Shown here one piece after another: positions 27,100 through 40,841 of a stretch of DNA of 64,000 nucleotides. Every line of letters begins with the position of its first letter. The stretch's first letter is position 1. Source of the stretch: Octopus vulgaris. Lineage: Eukaryota. The notes beneath the pieces were generated by a model that had not been told where the DNA came from, made no database searches, and saw only the letters and a program-made list of their open reading frames with translations. The stretch lies in the NCBI GenBank assembly GCA_951406725.2, contig OX597827.1, forward strand, positions 25,730,001 through 25,794,000, given 5' to 3'. Made by a program: the position numbers and the translations under genes.

Positions 27100-27235
27100 G
27101 TTGCCAATCGTGTCACGTGTACACCTTCGACCGTTTCCATGGCGACAAGGCACAGCAGGCTTTAGCGATCGTAAGCATCACAAAGCAAGCGGACTGCTAA
27201 CTTGCATCAGAGAATGAATGGCGCATGCACGCTTT
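27100..27235. promoter_or_regulatory. Candidate promoter/enhancer motif cluster (CCAAT, E-box, RFX X-box, NRF1-like)
   Basis: ccaat 27104, gtcacgtg 27112, gtttccatggcgac 27133-27146 and gcgcatgcac 27221, all in non-repetitive, CpG-containing sequence. Confidence 0.35.
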
Positions 27236-27965
27236 TATATGTAGCTACACTATGTCTGTACCTCCTTTAATCGCTTCGACACCACGTTCTATTGCCGTGA
27301 ATCTAAATCAATCCGCTTCTTTTACTAGATATTAACACACTCTAGCCTTCTGTTTAAAAGTGTATGTCAACAAACACACCCCAACATTACATGCATAAAT
27401 ACACTCATACACATAAGGCGCTAATACACACAAACACACAGATATAGACATAATCGTATATACACACTCAGAGATACGCACGCCTATTACAATCTCCATT
27501 CCTTTCGCAATATCCTTATGTTGCGCTATCTTATCTCTATATCAATTTGTCTTGTTTTAGTTTTCAATTTATTAGTTTCTATGGCAGCAATACAGGTAGA
27601 AAAGAAAAGAAAATCGAAACAGAGAAACAGAAAAATAACCAAAAAAAAAAAAAGACAGAAGAGAAAACATGGAAGAAATATGAAGCAATCGATAACGACG
27701 AGAGTACGGTGGAGTGAACGTTATGTAATAGTTATAATAAAGACATTATCTAATGTTTAATTCAGGTGGCTCACACACTTCATAGCAAATAGATAGACGT
27801 TCATACGTTCATTCCTGCGTATATATGTATACACACAAACTCACTTGTGCAGGTAGAATATGTATACATTCATAAGCGTATAGACATACATACATACATA
27901 CATATATATATGTACATATGTATGTATGTATGTAATATATATATATATATATATATGTATACATG

Positions 27966-28020
<55 letters not shown>

Positions 28021-28119
28021 CTTACAGGCACGTACACTCTCACACGTTACAGAAACACGTATATATTCATAGATAAATATAGGTGTACATTAAATACATA
28101 CATATCTATAGAAACAGGC

Positions 28120-28181
<62 letters not shown>

Positions 28182-28446
28182 ATACATATACGTGTATATA
28201 TATACATGTCAATGTATATATATATGTATATATATGCACATGCATATATTTGCATACATATAGAGATGTATTGATGCAAACACAAATACGTGCAACTAAA
28301 GTGGTAAAGAGAGAAAGAGAAGGAAAGAAAGACACACACACGTACACTCACAAACGTTCATATTTGATTCACAATCACATAACCTCACTTCTACTCACTC
28401 TCTTTTTCATTCTATTTCTCTCGCTCTCATTCTCTCTCGCTATCTG

Positions 28447-28540
<94 letters not shown>

Positions 28541-28570
28541 CATCCATCTCTCTCTCTCTCTATCTATCTC

Positions 28571-28635
<65 letters not shown>

Positions 28636-28739
28636 TCATATTTATGTATATAATAAGTATATATATATATAAATACATACATATATATATATATATATAC
28701 TCATATTTATATATATAATAAGTATATATATATAAAAAC

Positions 28740-28770
<31 letters not shown>

Positions 28771-28812
28771 CAAATATATATATATATACACTTATAATTA
28801 TATATATAATAA

Positions 28813-28878
<66 letters not shown>

Positions 28879-28932
28879 ATGTGTTATATATATATACACA
28901 TACGTTTGTTTATTTGTTTAGAGTGTATATAT

Positions 28933-28986
<54 letters not shown>

Positions 28987-29366
28987 GAGAGAGAGAAATG
29001 TCTATGTGTTGACATACAACAAAAAAAACTAGCTGACACAGTAGTTGTTCGGTATAGCACTAATACTGAACTGATCGAAAAGAAAAAGAATAAACAAAAT
29101 CTATTCTTACGTAAGAAATCTCTTCTCTTATCACTATTTTTATAACATTACTATTATTTTTTTTCTGTCTCTGGAAATTGAATACGTCATCTTTATAGCC
29201 TCTGCGACGCATCATATACCTTTTAACATTGTTTTCTCTCTATGTTTATGATTCGCATATGAGAAATTATCTACTAATGGTCGAGTGTGTGCTAGACATG
29301 CATGCTTATATGTATATGTATATGTGTGTGTGTGTGTGTGTACATGTGATATATAAATATATGTAT

Positions 29367-29443
<77 letters not shown>

Positions 29444-29624
29444 GATAGATATATCCTTGTGTCCCGTGTTTCTTGTATTTGTAATTGGGTATACTTAAGC
29501 AGAGATTAGGGAGACAGAAGATAGACAGCTATTTCATCACATGTATGAATACACACACAGAGAAACACGCACACACACAAACATACACGCAGATACACAC
29601 ACACACGCACACACACACACACAT

Positions 29625-29680
<56 letters not shown>

Positions 29681-31585
29681 CTACGTGCATACACGCATAT
29701 ATTAATAATATTATTTATCTTTTCTGTTGCTTTGTAAATATATCAAATTATACATTTATCTATATACGGTCTCTCTATACGTCTATGTATAAGTTCATCC
29801 ATATATTTATACATATAAGGACATGTATATGAATCGTTATATACTCACATGTTTGAATATATTAGTAAACTATAAATGATGAATGAAGAGAGCAAGGGCT
29901 GGAAGTCCATGTTCCTATATTTCATCTCTTATATATGTTTTATTATTTTATTGTACATGATGTCACGCTATAATTGCAATCCTTAGGTGTACCTCAAAAG
30001 GGCAGCATACATAATCCCCTACCCCGTTCTCCTACCCGTCCTTCCACTGGTCTTGTACCTCCCGGGTATTTAAAAATTGACAATTGCATATTTTGTGACA
30101 TCATGTATTACCGAACACTGAAACACATGTAACGGATGTAATAAAGGAACACCAAGTTGAAGCGCATGTTCCCTTCTCTCATTATTAATGTGCTCTTTAT
30201 ATTACGTTGTAACCTCCCTCAGATCGCAGAGCATCCGGGTGATCACGCAGCGGTGGAAATCTATTATGGTTACCAATAACAGGAAAAAGTTGAACATTCA
30301 ATCTGTCGCTCTATCGAGAAAACTATCAAATGTTTTTACATATCGATGATCACAATGAACTTACATTCTTCCCTTGATCACGCACTTCTGTTCCATTTGA
30401 GACCGAAGCTTTTTACTTTATCATCTTCCAATCTTAGAAATTTTACGGACAGTTTTTTCTGGTTTTTTTGCACTACTGAACAACAGAATGGATTCACCGA
30501 TTAGACTTTCAGAATATAGTGCCCAGAAAAAACTTCTGTTATCATCTGATTAATGGAAGCACAATTTATTGTTAATAATCCTGAATTGTAAATTTTGAAT
30601 GAAACTCTTAAGTTTTCATTTTTTTTATGCCGAAGACCTGCCAAATGTGGAATCGTAAAAAGGCAAATTTATTCCGATATTCGTCCGGAAATAATATGGA
30701 TGTGTTGTGTATAAAATCCCAAATATATCACTATCAAATAAAAAGTTGTTCAGCAGCGTTGGTGAGAATGTTAGAAGCGCATTTCTCCATCATTGAACTT
30801 AGTCAGTAGACTCTACTCACTACCAAGCGCTGGCGTTATCTATTATAATATATTATTGCTTTTCTTATGCGTAAAAGATTTTTATTCGCCCGTGTAATTA
30901 AGTGCAATATCAATGAATTTTAAACCACTGATTTCTATATCGTTGAGAGTCGATTTTGTGTGAAGATGCAGTTGGCAGCGAGTACTGACAAAGCTCACGA
31001 AACAGAAATAAGTAGCCAGTGATCCCCCAAACGCTGCTGGCTACATTTACATGCTATTTTATATGTTTTGAACACAGCACGTCCATAAATATTAACTCTG
31101 GACAATTAATAGGATTAATTTGTCTTTTCGCAATGTATTTGCATTAAGTATGACACACAGATGGAGGCACATACACTTACACACGTACGCGCACATACAC
31201 ACACGTATAATTATGTAAGCATGTATATATATCGGAAACGTTAATAGATTTCACAGGTTCAGGTGTAAATTTATTTTTAAAAAAACGGCAAAGATAATAC
31301 TTTCAGAAAGGCATAAGAGAGACAAGCAAGAAATATTTACATTTTTTATCAAAATATCCTCCCAGTTTCATCGCTTTAAAGACGATTTATTCATGCCGAA
31401 CTAAAAGAAAATATAAAATTGTAATAATTTAAATCAAACTAAACTCTTCTTTCATGATACCAGTTTCGGAAAGCCAAAGCATGAGATCTTCATGGAGGTG
31501 CTGGCGTTTCATTTCTTTCTGCAGGTTGATGGGTTGAAGTGGTAGTCATAGCAAGATTGGACCTGTCTGTCTGTCTGTCTTGCTG

Positions 31586-31678
<93 letters not shown>

Positions 31679-31701
31679 GTATCTATCTATCTATCTATCT
31701 A

Positions 31702-31755
<54 letters not shown>

Positions 31756-31885
31756 GGTATGTAGAAAAATACAACATGGACAAGAACGTATAACTCTTAG
31801 AAGACGATACAATAAACACGGACAGGACATTCGAAACCCTCAGTCTTCAGTCAAGAACCGGATCATCGTAGTAATTTCGGCTGAT

Positions 31886-31916
<31 letters not shown>

Positions 31917-31958
31917 AGAGACCAACGTGTACGTACGGTGCGTATATATGTATATAAA

Positions 31959-32072
31959 AAGGAATGCAAAAATTGGGACAAGAACACAAAACATCCAGGC
32001 AGTTGTTGTCCCTTTTTCTGTATCTTCTAGCTGTTTGGATGTTTTGCGTTCTTGTCCCATTTTTCGTATTCC

Positions 32073-32074
<2 letters not shown>
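31959..32074. repeat. ~46-bp inverted repeat between (TA)n tracts
   Basis: aaggaatgcaaaaattgggacaagaacacaaaacatccaggcagtt vs agctgtttggatgttttgcgttcttgtcccatttttcgtattcctt. Confidence 0.9.
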
Positions 32075-32111
<37 letters not shown>

Positions 32112-32114
32112 TAA

Positions 32115-32504
32115 TATTGTATAGAGGGCATTAATACACATAAAGGCTCACACTAAGAGGGACAAAGTCATTACTACCAAAATTACACTAATCATACCTA
32201 AATGCAGTTCTTCAAAGTAAGACATTTAAAAAAATGAATTTAGTTCTGTATCACCGTGATTTCACATTTAACTTACGTCTTATGATCCTCAGCAGAACTG
32301 ATTCTGAACACATCATAAATAAACCACCAACCTTACCTAGCGAAGACGAACAGACATCTATTCACTCCTGCCAAGCACATGGAATGTTTATAATTCATAT
32401 ATTCGGTAAATGGCATTTAGGTATGATTAGTGTAATTTTGGTAGTAATGACTTTCTCCCTCTTAGTGTGAGGCATTTATGTGTATTAATGCCCTCTATAC
32501 AATA
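32115..32504. repeat. ~91-bp inverted repeat with ~205-bp spacer
   Basis: 32115-32205 (tattgtatagagggcattaatacacataaa...atcatacctaaatgc) is the near-perfect reverse complement of 32413-32504. Confidence 0.92.
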
Positions 32505-33819
32505 TAAATATAATTAATTTGTTCAAAAGAAAAAAATTATTTTCGAATTCTTTTCTTTTATGAGGTTTTCACGCTAACTACCTGATAATTTCTTGTTAAG
32601 ATCCCTTATTAAGAAGTTATCCTTAATTGTTAAACTTATATATATATATACATATATATATGAAATTATATATATTGGAAATTTTGATTCGTATATTAAT
32701 GACTGGAGAAAATTTTGATAAATCAAGAATTCGTTGTATAATTTTGATATATCCCGATCTGTCTATGTTAGCCTGTGTTACTTAAATATTTTGATTCATT
32801 TTGTTTAAATTATGCAAGTTATTTAGGCCATAAATGTGTTCTACTCTTTTGGGGTATATCTAAGTCCCTTGCTTCTGGAATGAGGGAATTGTTTCCTGAT
32901 GACGGTCATTGGACCAGAGCACATGTTTGTCGACTGGCCACACATCTACTGATATTGAACTTGTCCTTTTCTTTAATGGCGTATCATCATTGGAGAATTC
33001 TCGAATTTTGAAATTATCTCCCCTTCTCATGGAGAGCTGGACTTATCTACCCTTTGGTAAATATGATACATCCTGCAGAGAATGAAGGAGATGATAATAA
33101 ATCAAGAATGTTTTCATTGTATGGTATTTGATATACCTGTATTTATCTTTTAAAATGTTCACTGTGTGGAGAATATAAATGTTCCAAGAATAACTCATTG
33201 ATGCTATCTGCAATAAAAAGAAAAAAAAACATGGTCACTTTGAGATAGCATATTTAAATTCTAGACTGACGAAACGTTATCTAGAAATAATTATGGCGGG
33301 ATTGACGAAGTTAGTAAATGGCTAATATTTCTTAAATTAATTCGGTAATTCTGAAAATAGGTCAGTACACAAAAGTATATTTAAATAGGTATACCTACTG
33401 ACATTTGTATAAGAACACTATACTAAATATACCGATTTATGTAATAAATAGCACATTCTTGACTAAATATCATTTTCTGTAACTAAGAAATTAAAAGATT
33501 AAAAAAATCTCAGAAACCCAAGAATGAAGACATATCTAATACCTGTCAATGAATATCAAATCTTCCTTTCAGCTACTTCACTATTCCTCTCACCTCTCTC
33601 TCTCTCTCTCTTCTCACTCTCTTTCCCTCTCTTTCAGAAGTACCTTCATACATGTGCACATGTACACGCACAGATATATATATATATGTATGTATATTTA
33701 TGTGTGTTTATAAATGTATGAGTGTTTGTGTGTGTGTGTGCGTGTATATATATAAATATAAATATAAATATATATATATACATATATATGTATATAAATA
33801 TATAAATATGTAATGTATA

Positions 33820-33886
<67 letters not shown>

Positions 33887-33990
33887 GCATATGTATGCAT
33901 ATATGTGTATAAATCTATCCCCTTATCTACTCCGCTTTCGCTCTTTCTCTCTCTCTCCCTCTCTGTCTGTCTGAGTCTCTCTCTCTCTCT

Positions 33991-34038
<48 letters not shown>

Positions 34039-34981
34039 ACATGTAAGTATATATGATATATACATATGTGTGTGTACATTCACACGCGGGTGTATTTTTG
34101 CTCGGTGTATGTGTTCCTATATATGTGTGTGTGTATGTGTGTGTGCAGGTGTGTGTCTATATGTAAATGATACAATTTTTCCTATGTGGGATTTGAAGTG
34201 ACCTAGTTCTACTGGGACCGTATCAGTCGAAACAAAACTAGCTACTGATGAAGAAAATATATTTCTTAAGAAAAAAAAAAGAAAGAAAGATAGAAAGAAA
34301 GAAAGACTAAAATCAATAGAATTATCATCAACTAATGGAAATATATTAGTTATGGAATTACTATTTCAATGAAGATTATCCCTTACAGCTGCACTGGCAT
34401 AGATTTGTGTGTTTGTTCTTTGTTTAATTCTTTGTTATCTTCAAGCCTTACGCTTTATACGTTGGTGATGCTAATGATAGTGATGACGTTAATGGTTTCG
34501 GAGTCAATGCTAATTTTGCTGCTCGTGATGTTGCTGCTGTAGATGGTAGACATGATGCTGATATAAACCAATCAACCAATGAAAATCCATAGCCTTGGGA
34601 GTCCGCAGATGAGCAGCCAGAGACGCTGTTTCGTTGAACTGCGTCATCACCTTGTAAGCAGAAGCTGATAAGCTGGTAGTGCTTATCTCCTCGTCTCTTC
34701 CTTTGGTTGGCCGTTGGCTTCCCTATGAGAGATTTTCGTAATTTGACAAATTTTATTTTTATTCCTACACCACCTTCATGCTACCCCCCCCCCGCCACAC
34801 TCTTTTATTGATTGAAGGGGTTGAAGCGAGTGAGGGCATGCAATTTAGAATACTCGAGCAGCAAGTAGGTTGTACTGTATCACATATTAATAGTAGCAGG
34901 TAGAACAGGATTTTAACCAAATGAAAAGGAGGTGTAACTAGTATGGCACCTGTAAACCTGTATATATGAAGATATATTTAA

Positions 34982-35020
<39 letters not shown>

Positions 35021-36215
35021 AGTTACCTTCTCTAATCATACTGAAACATAAGGGCCGGTTTCCCGGCGCATAAATTCCCCACCTGGGCGGAACGTGTTGC
35101 TCAAAAATCACAACGCGTTGCTCAGTCTAGTAATTGAAACCACAATCTTACGGTTATGAGTTGAACACCCCTAACCATTAAGCCACGCGCCTCTACACTG
35201 TTGTGAAGCTATACTAGGCTATTAACATATCGTATATTTTCATATCGTGAAAGCCCGTGGCCTACTGGTTAGGGTAGTGTGCTCACGATTGCTAGAACAT
35301 GTGTTCGATTCCCGGAGAGGAAAAGCGCTTGTCAAAATGCGCCGATCACAAATACGCTTTGGATCGTTTTAGCTTCTGAACGGTGCTCACCTACTGGCTA
35401 GGCGAGCGGGCCAACATTCTCCCTGATCGGAAAGCTAGACTGTCTTCAGGTAACACATCTACAGCTGAGTGGACTGGATCAACGTGAAATGAAGTGTCTT
35501 GCTCAAGAACACAACACATAGCTCTGTCCTGGAATCGAACCGACGACTAAGCAGTCGTGATAGTAACACCCTGAACGCCAGACCATGTGACATCACATGG
35601 TAGAAAATACATAAGGAAAATACTGTCAACTTGCGGTTCGGTCGAACCTGGATTTTTCAAAAATATATATAAAGGTTGATTCGTTTGACTGAACCCGTTA
35701 AGGTGGTGCCTCAGCATGGCCGCAGTTCAATGACGGAAACAAGTAGGAGATAAAAGCCAAAAAAGAAATGAAATTCGAAGAAAATGATTATGTAAAATCT
35801 ATGACGGAAAGCAGTAGAGAATGGTTAAAGGAGAAAACCTTCAGCTCATTGGCAAAGTAGCCGATGTTTCACATCATTATATATTATTGATATTAAATAT
35901 GTTGCTGTGACAACAAGCTGTTGAAAGCAGCGGTTCTTAAATTGATGGTAATGTTGTAATAATTACGGTATGATGTTTGGTATTTAAGCTTCTTTTCAAT
36001 TGTATTACACACGCGCACACACTTGAATTTGCCTGCGGACCACCGTACATAACTACACATGGAAAGAGACCAAGAAACGTACAGGTGGGTACACGAACGG
36101 ATACATATGTACAGAATCCTATAGACGTAGACGTGTTTCTCTTTTTATTTGTGTGTAAACTTGTCTGTATGTATTCGTGCGTTCATACAATTCTTACATA
36201 CACATACAGATACAT

Positions 36216-36515
36216 GTGGAGGCGCAATGGCCCAGTGGTTAGGGTAGCGGACTCGCGGTTTCGATTCACAGACCGGGTGTTCTGAGTGTTTATTGAGCGG
36301 AAACACCTAAAACACCACGAGGCTCCGGCAGGGTTTGGTGGCGATCCGTGCTGTACTCTTTCGCTATAACTTTATCTCACTCCTTCTGTTGGCCTGCTCG
36401 CTTAGCTAGCGGGGCGGCGTCATTTGAAGGCTAAAACAATGCGAAGCGCATTGTCACCAGCAACGTGTAGCAACATCTGACAGCCTGGTCGGTCATGGTG
36501 ATCACAGTGATCACA
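36216..36515 (+). mobile_element. tRNA-derived SINE (family C, OR-like)
   Basis: tRNA-like head gtggaggcgcaatggcccagtggttagggtagcggactcgcgg; related heads at ~45355 and ~58728. Confidence 0.75.
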
Positions 36516-36829
36516 TATAGACACGTATGAGTTATACATATGAATGTATACAGCGGTATATATATATATATATATATCATTGAAGACAAGACTCTCATAC
36601 TATCCTAGTTTGTATGTGTGTGTGCTTGTGACACACATCTTAGATTTTAAAATTGCACAAACAGAAGTGGCTGTGTGGTAAGAGGCCTGCATCCAGATCA
36701 CATCGTTCCAGGTTCAGTCTTACACTATGCCACTTGGGCAAGTGTCATCTACTATAGCTTCGGGCTGGCCAAAGCCCTATGAGTGGATTCGGTGGACAGA
36801 AATTGAAAGAAACTCACCGTACACACACA

Positions 36830-36872
<43 letters not shown>

Positions 36873-36876
<4 letters not shown>

Positions 36877-36921
36877 TCCACCTGCCTTCGTCTTTTGTTT
36901 ATTTTCATAAAGCCTCCCGTT
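36873..36921 (+). mobile_element. Extreme 3' tail of the same PLE family as 12.7-17.2 kb
   Basis: gttttccacctgccttcgtcttttgtttattttcataaagcctcccgtt is nearly identical to ~17149-17197. It lies between (CA)n and (TA)n. Confidence 0.9.
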
Positions 36922-37861
36922 ATATATATATATATATATATTGTGAGTGTCTATACACATGTGTGTGCGTCGTTGTTACTAGTAGCACTTTGACACTCCC
37001 CTCACCTCCGTCCTGTCCCCCATTGCTACCGCCCTTAAACTCCGACTTTAGGTTCCGTTGCTGACTCTCTCTGTGTTTGTTTGTTCGCCCACGCTGCTGC
37101 CATCATGGTTGTTGTTGAGCCTTTCTTCTCTTTGAACCCCCACCAGTGATCGTCTATATGTTGTTTTATGCTTCGTGCAGTCTCTGCAATGCAAGTAGCT
37201 GCCTTGTTTCTGCAGAAATTTCTAAGCTTGATGCGTTCATTTATGTTTAATATGTCGAAGTGCACTGGGACATTGACTTGTAAAATCACACTTGAGTCCA
37301 CGGATACGAGCAAATTAGAAGGCACTGGTAGAAATAAATCTATGCAACATCCTTGATAATTCGTGTGCTTACAGAGATAAAATTCCAGCTGACATGTTTC
37401 ACTATACGCTTGCAAATATCTGATTTGGTGTTTACTATATAGAATCTGATGTTCTTGGCCTGACTTACCTGCTCAAGAAGGTCAAATCACATGAACTCAC
37501 CACTGTGGCAGACAGCAGGCGTGCATTGAGGCTTCGCGAATCTTTATGCAGGAAACCTATATGCAGAAATCTGTCCTGATCGACAAAATTTAAGCAGCGA
37601 ATGACATTCAAACCCGCGTATGGAAAAACGCATTTCATATAAATGCACATTTTAATCATCTCTGCTTTGTGTCCTTATACTGAATTAATTCCAACTTTTC
37701 CGGCTTCAACATACAGCAGCAAACGTGCTTTGTGTTTTCTAAATAAGTACAAAGCTACACATCAATGCAACAAAAACATACATATACGTATAAAGAGATA
37801 GATAGAAATAGAAACAGATAAATAGATAGACAGAGCAAGAGAGAGAGAAAGAGAGAGATGG

Positions 37862-37900
<39 letters not shown>

Positions 37901-38099
37901 AAATGCATAAGTGTAACCAAGAATGTTAAAGCGTAGTCGACGTCAAGGGGAGAGAACTACCTACAATTCTAACAGCTCGCATCTCACGTCTAATTATTCG
38001 ACTTCAACGTTACCGATCGTCAGTCATTGTATTCTGATGATCGAGAATGTGAAATTCGAATAAATAGGTGAGAAACTCCAGTTGTGAATTATATATATA

Positions 38100-38275
38100 A
38101 TATAATATAATATAATATGATAATATTAGTTGGTTGTCATAAAGAAACTCAGTTTCGGTTACCGGGGCTGAAGTCTGCTCCGGTATCTCATCAGGTTTCT
38201 TTTTTGTCTTAGTCACTGATGAAATGCCGGAGTTTTATTATGACAACCAACTAATTGTCACATATTATATTTATA
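38100..38275. mobile_element. Inverted pair of hammerhead-bearing PLE pLTR-like fragments
   Basis: Minus 38202-38141: aaagaaac-CTGATGA-gataccgg...ccggtaacc-GAAAC-tga-gtttcttt, then atgacaaccaactaat. Plus 38216: CTGATGA-aatgccggag...tatgacaaccaactaat (internally deleted). Confidence 0.65.
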
Positions 38276-38881
38276 GAAAAATTCCTCTATTTTACATATC
38301 GAGGTCTCATTCATTCTTTTGTTGTCATATTATTATTAATATATATATATATATTTCAAACTTTAGAGGTTGTATATACAAGAAACACAGGCAGTATATA
38401 ACTTGTATTCTGTTTATTATTCGTCATAAATATGTGAAATTCAGAAAAAGTAATATTATGTGGATGGTCATTTTAAATTTATATTAGTGTATGAAATTTT
38501 AAAAATTGAAATGAAAATTTATAAAACGCACGTATTGATATTTCAGACCATCATGTTTTAGAATGTTAATATACTTTCTACCATTAGCATAAGGCCTGTT
38601 TTTTTCCGTAATCGACTGGTACGTAATTTATCGACCCCAAAAGTATGAAAAGTAAAGTCGACGTTGGTGGAATTTTAACAGAATGCTAATATACTATCAT
38701 AAAACTGTGTTGTTTCAAACTTCTTTTACAGTATTTCAACACAAATTATTTTTCTCTTCTATATTAGGTAGAAAAATTTGAATTAAAAATAGTTTGGTTT
38801 AATCTAAAACATACCAAACAATTTCGTTTTTGATTTAGTTTGCAAGATTCTTTATGAGAGTTCGTGTGTTGAAGCATATTA

Positions 38882-39101
38882 TGTTGTGTCTGTGGAGTGT
38901 CATTCTCTTTTAGTGCCTTATACTTTAACACACTCACCGGTAAATTTTCCATTTATTTCGTTTTACGGACAGATTCGACGACTATTGAAAAGGTTGCAAG
39001 ACGCAACAAAAGTTTTAGAAAAGAAAATACGTGGAAATTTCATCGGTGAGTGTGTTAAATTATAAGGCACTAAAAGAGAATGACTCCCCCCAGACACAAC
39101 A
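38882..39101. mobile_element. MITE-like element with ~70-bp inverted arms
   Basis: tgttgtgtctg...gtcattctcttttagtgccttata...acacactcaccg vs cggtgagtgtgttaaattataaggcactaaaagagaatgac...cagacacaaca. Confidence 0.8.
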
Positions 39102-40439
39102 GACTACCAAACAATATTATTATTTAGCTTCTTATACTTGAAAAACCATAAATGTTTCATTAAACTCTCTTCTTCTGGTATTCCGAATGTATAAGTTTGT
39201 TGAGTCTCTAGTGTTTTAAATGAATTTGCTGTCATACCGATGTGCGACAGCGATGATAACGATAACGAATTTTCATAGATATTAGCGAAACAATTTGCTT
39301 ATATTCTCTGAATTACAGTTATAATTACTTGTACAATGGTAAATATAAATATTCCAATATTTTCATATTATTCACGGACTACAATGAATGAGCGAAGGTT
39401 GATGGTATTGAATAGCTTAATTTTGTGTGAAATTTTTACCTACTTTTCTTGCAAGAATTACTAATATAAAAGATGGACGCTTATTTTTTTCCCAATCTGG
39501 GAAGCTAAAAATTTATTAAATATAATTGATTCAGCTGCATGTTTTTTTTTGGTTGATATGCATTGTATATTCTTCGCACATTCTGATAAATATACCCACA
39601 TATTTAGATGGTGTATTTCTATCATATCCTATGAAAATACCTCTCTTAATAGGGAAACATACGTTAACAATATTGGATTGAAATCTAGCGGTTTCAGATA
39701 AACCATAAAATATCATACGATACTCTGCCGAGCAAGATGAAGGATTTGTTATCGATGTGATAACAAATCAATTTATGATAGGATAGATTCAATGTTTAAT
39801 ATACATTTACAACACTACGAATCTATCACTTGTCAAGATTGTACGCAAATTTAGATACGCATGTAAGGCAGCTGATGCATAATAACGCTATCTACAATAT
39901 CAATTGACACCTTTAATACAAAATAAAAACTTACACGCAATGCTTTTCATTACGTAGATTCTATATAGAATAAAATGTTTATCATAAGACACAATCTGTG
40001 AATATTGAATAAGTATAGTTAATTTCTTCTTACCGACGTAAGCCAACATAAATTTTGGATTCCACAGGACTATCCGAATATGAAAATCTTAAAATATCAA
40101 TGATATGCTTTATGTGTATTTAAAATAAAATCGTTTAATTAGTTTTGATGTGATATTAATCTTCATTGCACATTACCTCCGCTAAGAATGGAACCTACAA
40201 GATAAACAACATTTACATTTTATACTTACTTATAAAAGCAACTTTTTATAGATGTATATATTGATTGTAATCCAAACGGTTATCCAGACATATAAATTCA
40301 TAGACAATCCAGGTCCAAGCAGCCATCCATTAAATGCTTGTGAACATCTAAAGTTAAAAATAAACGACTTCAATTATGACATAATAATACGTGAAGCTGA
40401 ATCAAAGAACCTATCTCACATTTCCTCTATTTGCATCCC

Positions 40440-40590
40440 GACATGTTTTTTTACTCCTCATCTATGTTTTCTGACGAAGAGGGTAAGTTCGAAACATTAA
40501 AGAACTCTTTCCTTTTTCCTGAGCGTTAAATCAATATACGCTGTTTATCGGTCTTTCGCCTCGCCTTTGTGTTGCTTTTGTATTTTGGAC
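40440..40590 (+). mobile_element. Diverged PLE pLTR remnant with hammerhead core
   Basis: gtttt-CTGACGA-agagggtaagttc-GAAAC-attaaaga...ttcctgagcg...aata, collinear with 17061-17190. Confidence 0.7.
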
Positions 40591-40665
40591 TATCTATTTG
40601 TCTGTCTGTCTTTCTGCCTGTCAGCCTGTCTATCTGTCTGTGTCTGTCTGTCTGTCTATCAATCC

Positions 40666-40726
<61 letters not shown>

Positions 40727-40746
40727 ACTATTTATCTATCTATCCA

Positions 40747-40841
<95 letters not shown>

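Noticed and set aside
34240-34280. Hammerhead-like ctgatgaagaaa...tttcttaagaaa (and ctgatgc...gaaa at ~47890, minus)
   Set aside because: No convincing stems I and III or cleavage triplet.
36216-36280. tRNA gene (also at 45357 and 58728)
   Set aside because: These are tRNA-like heads that continue into SINE bodies and lack a complete cloverleaf.
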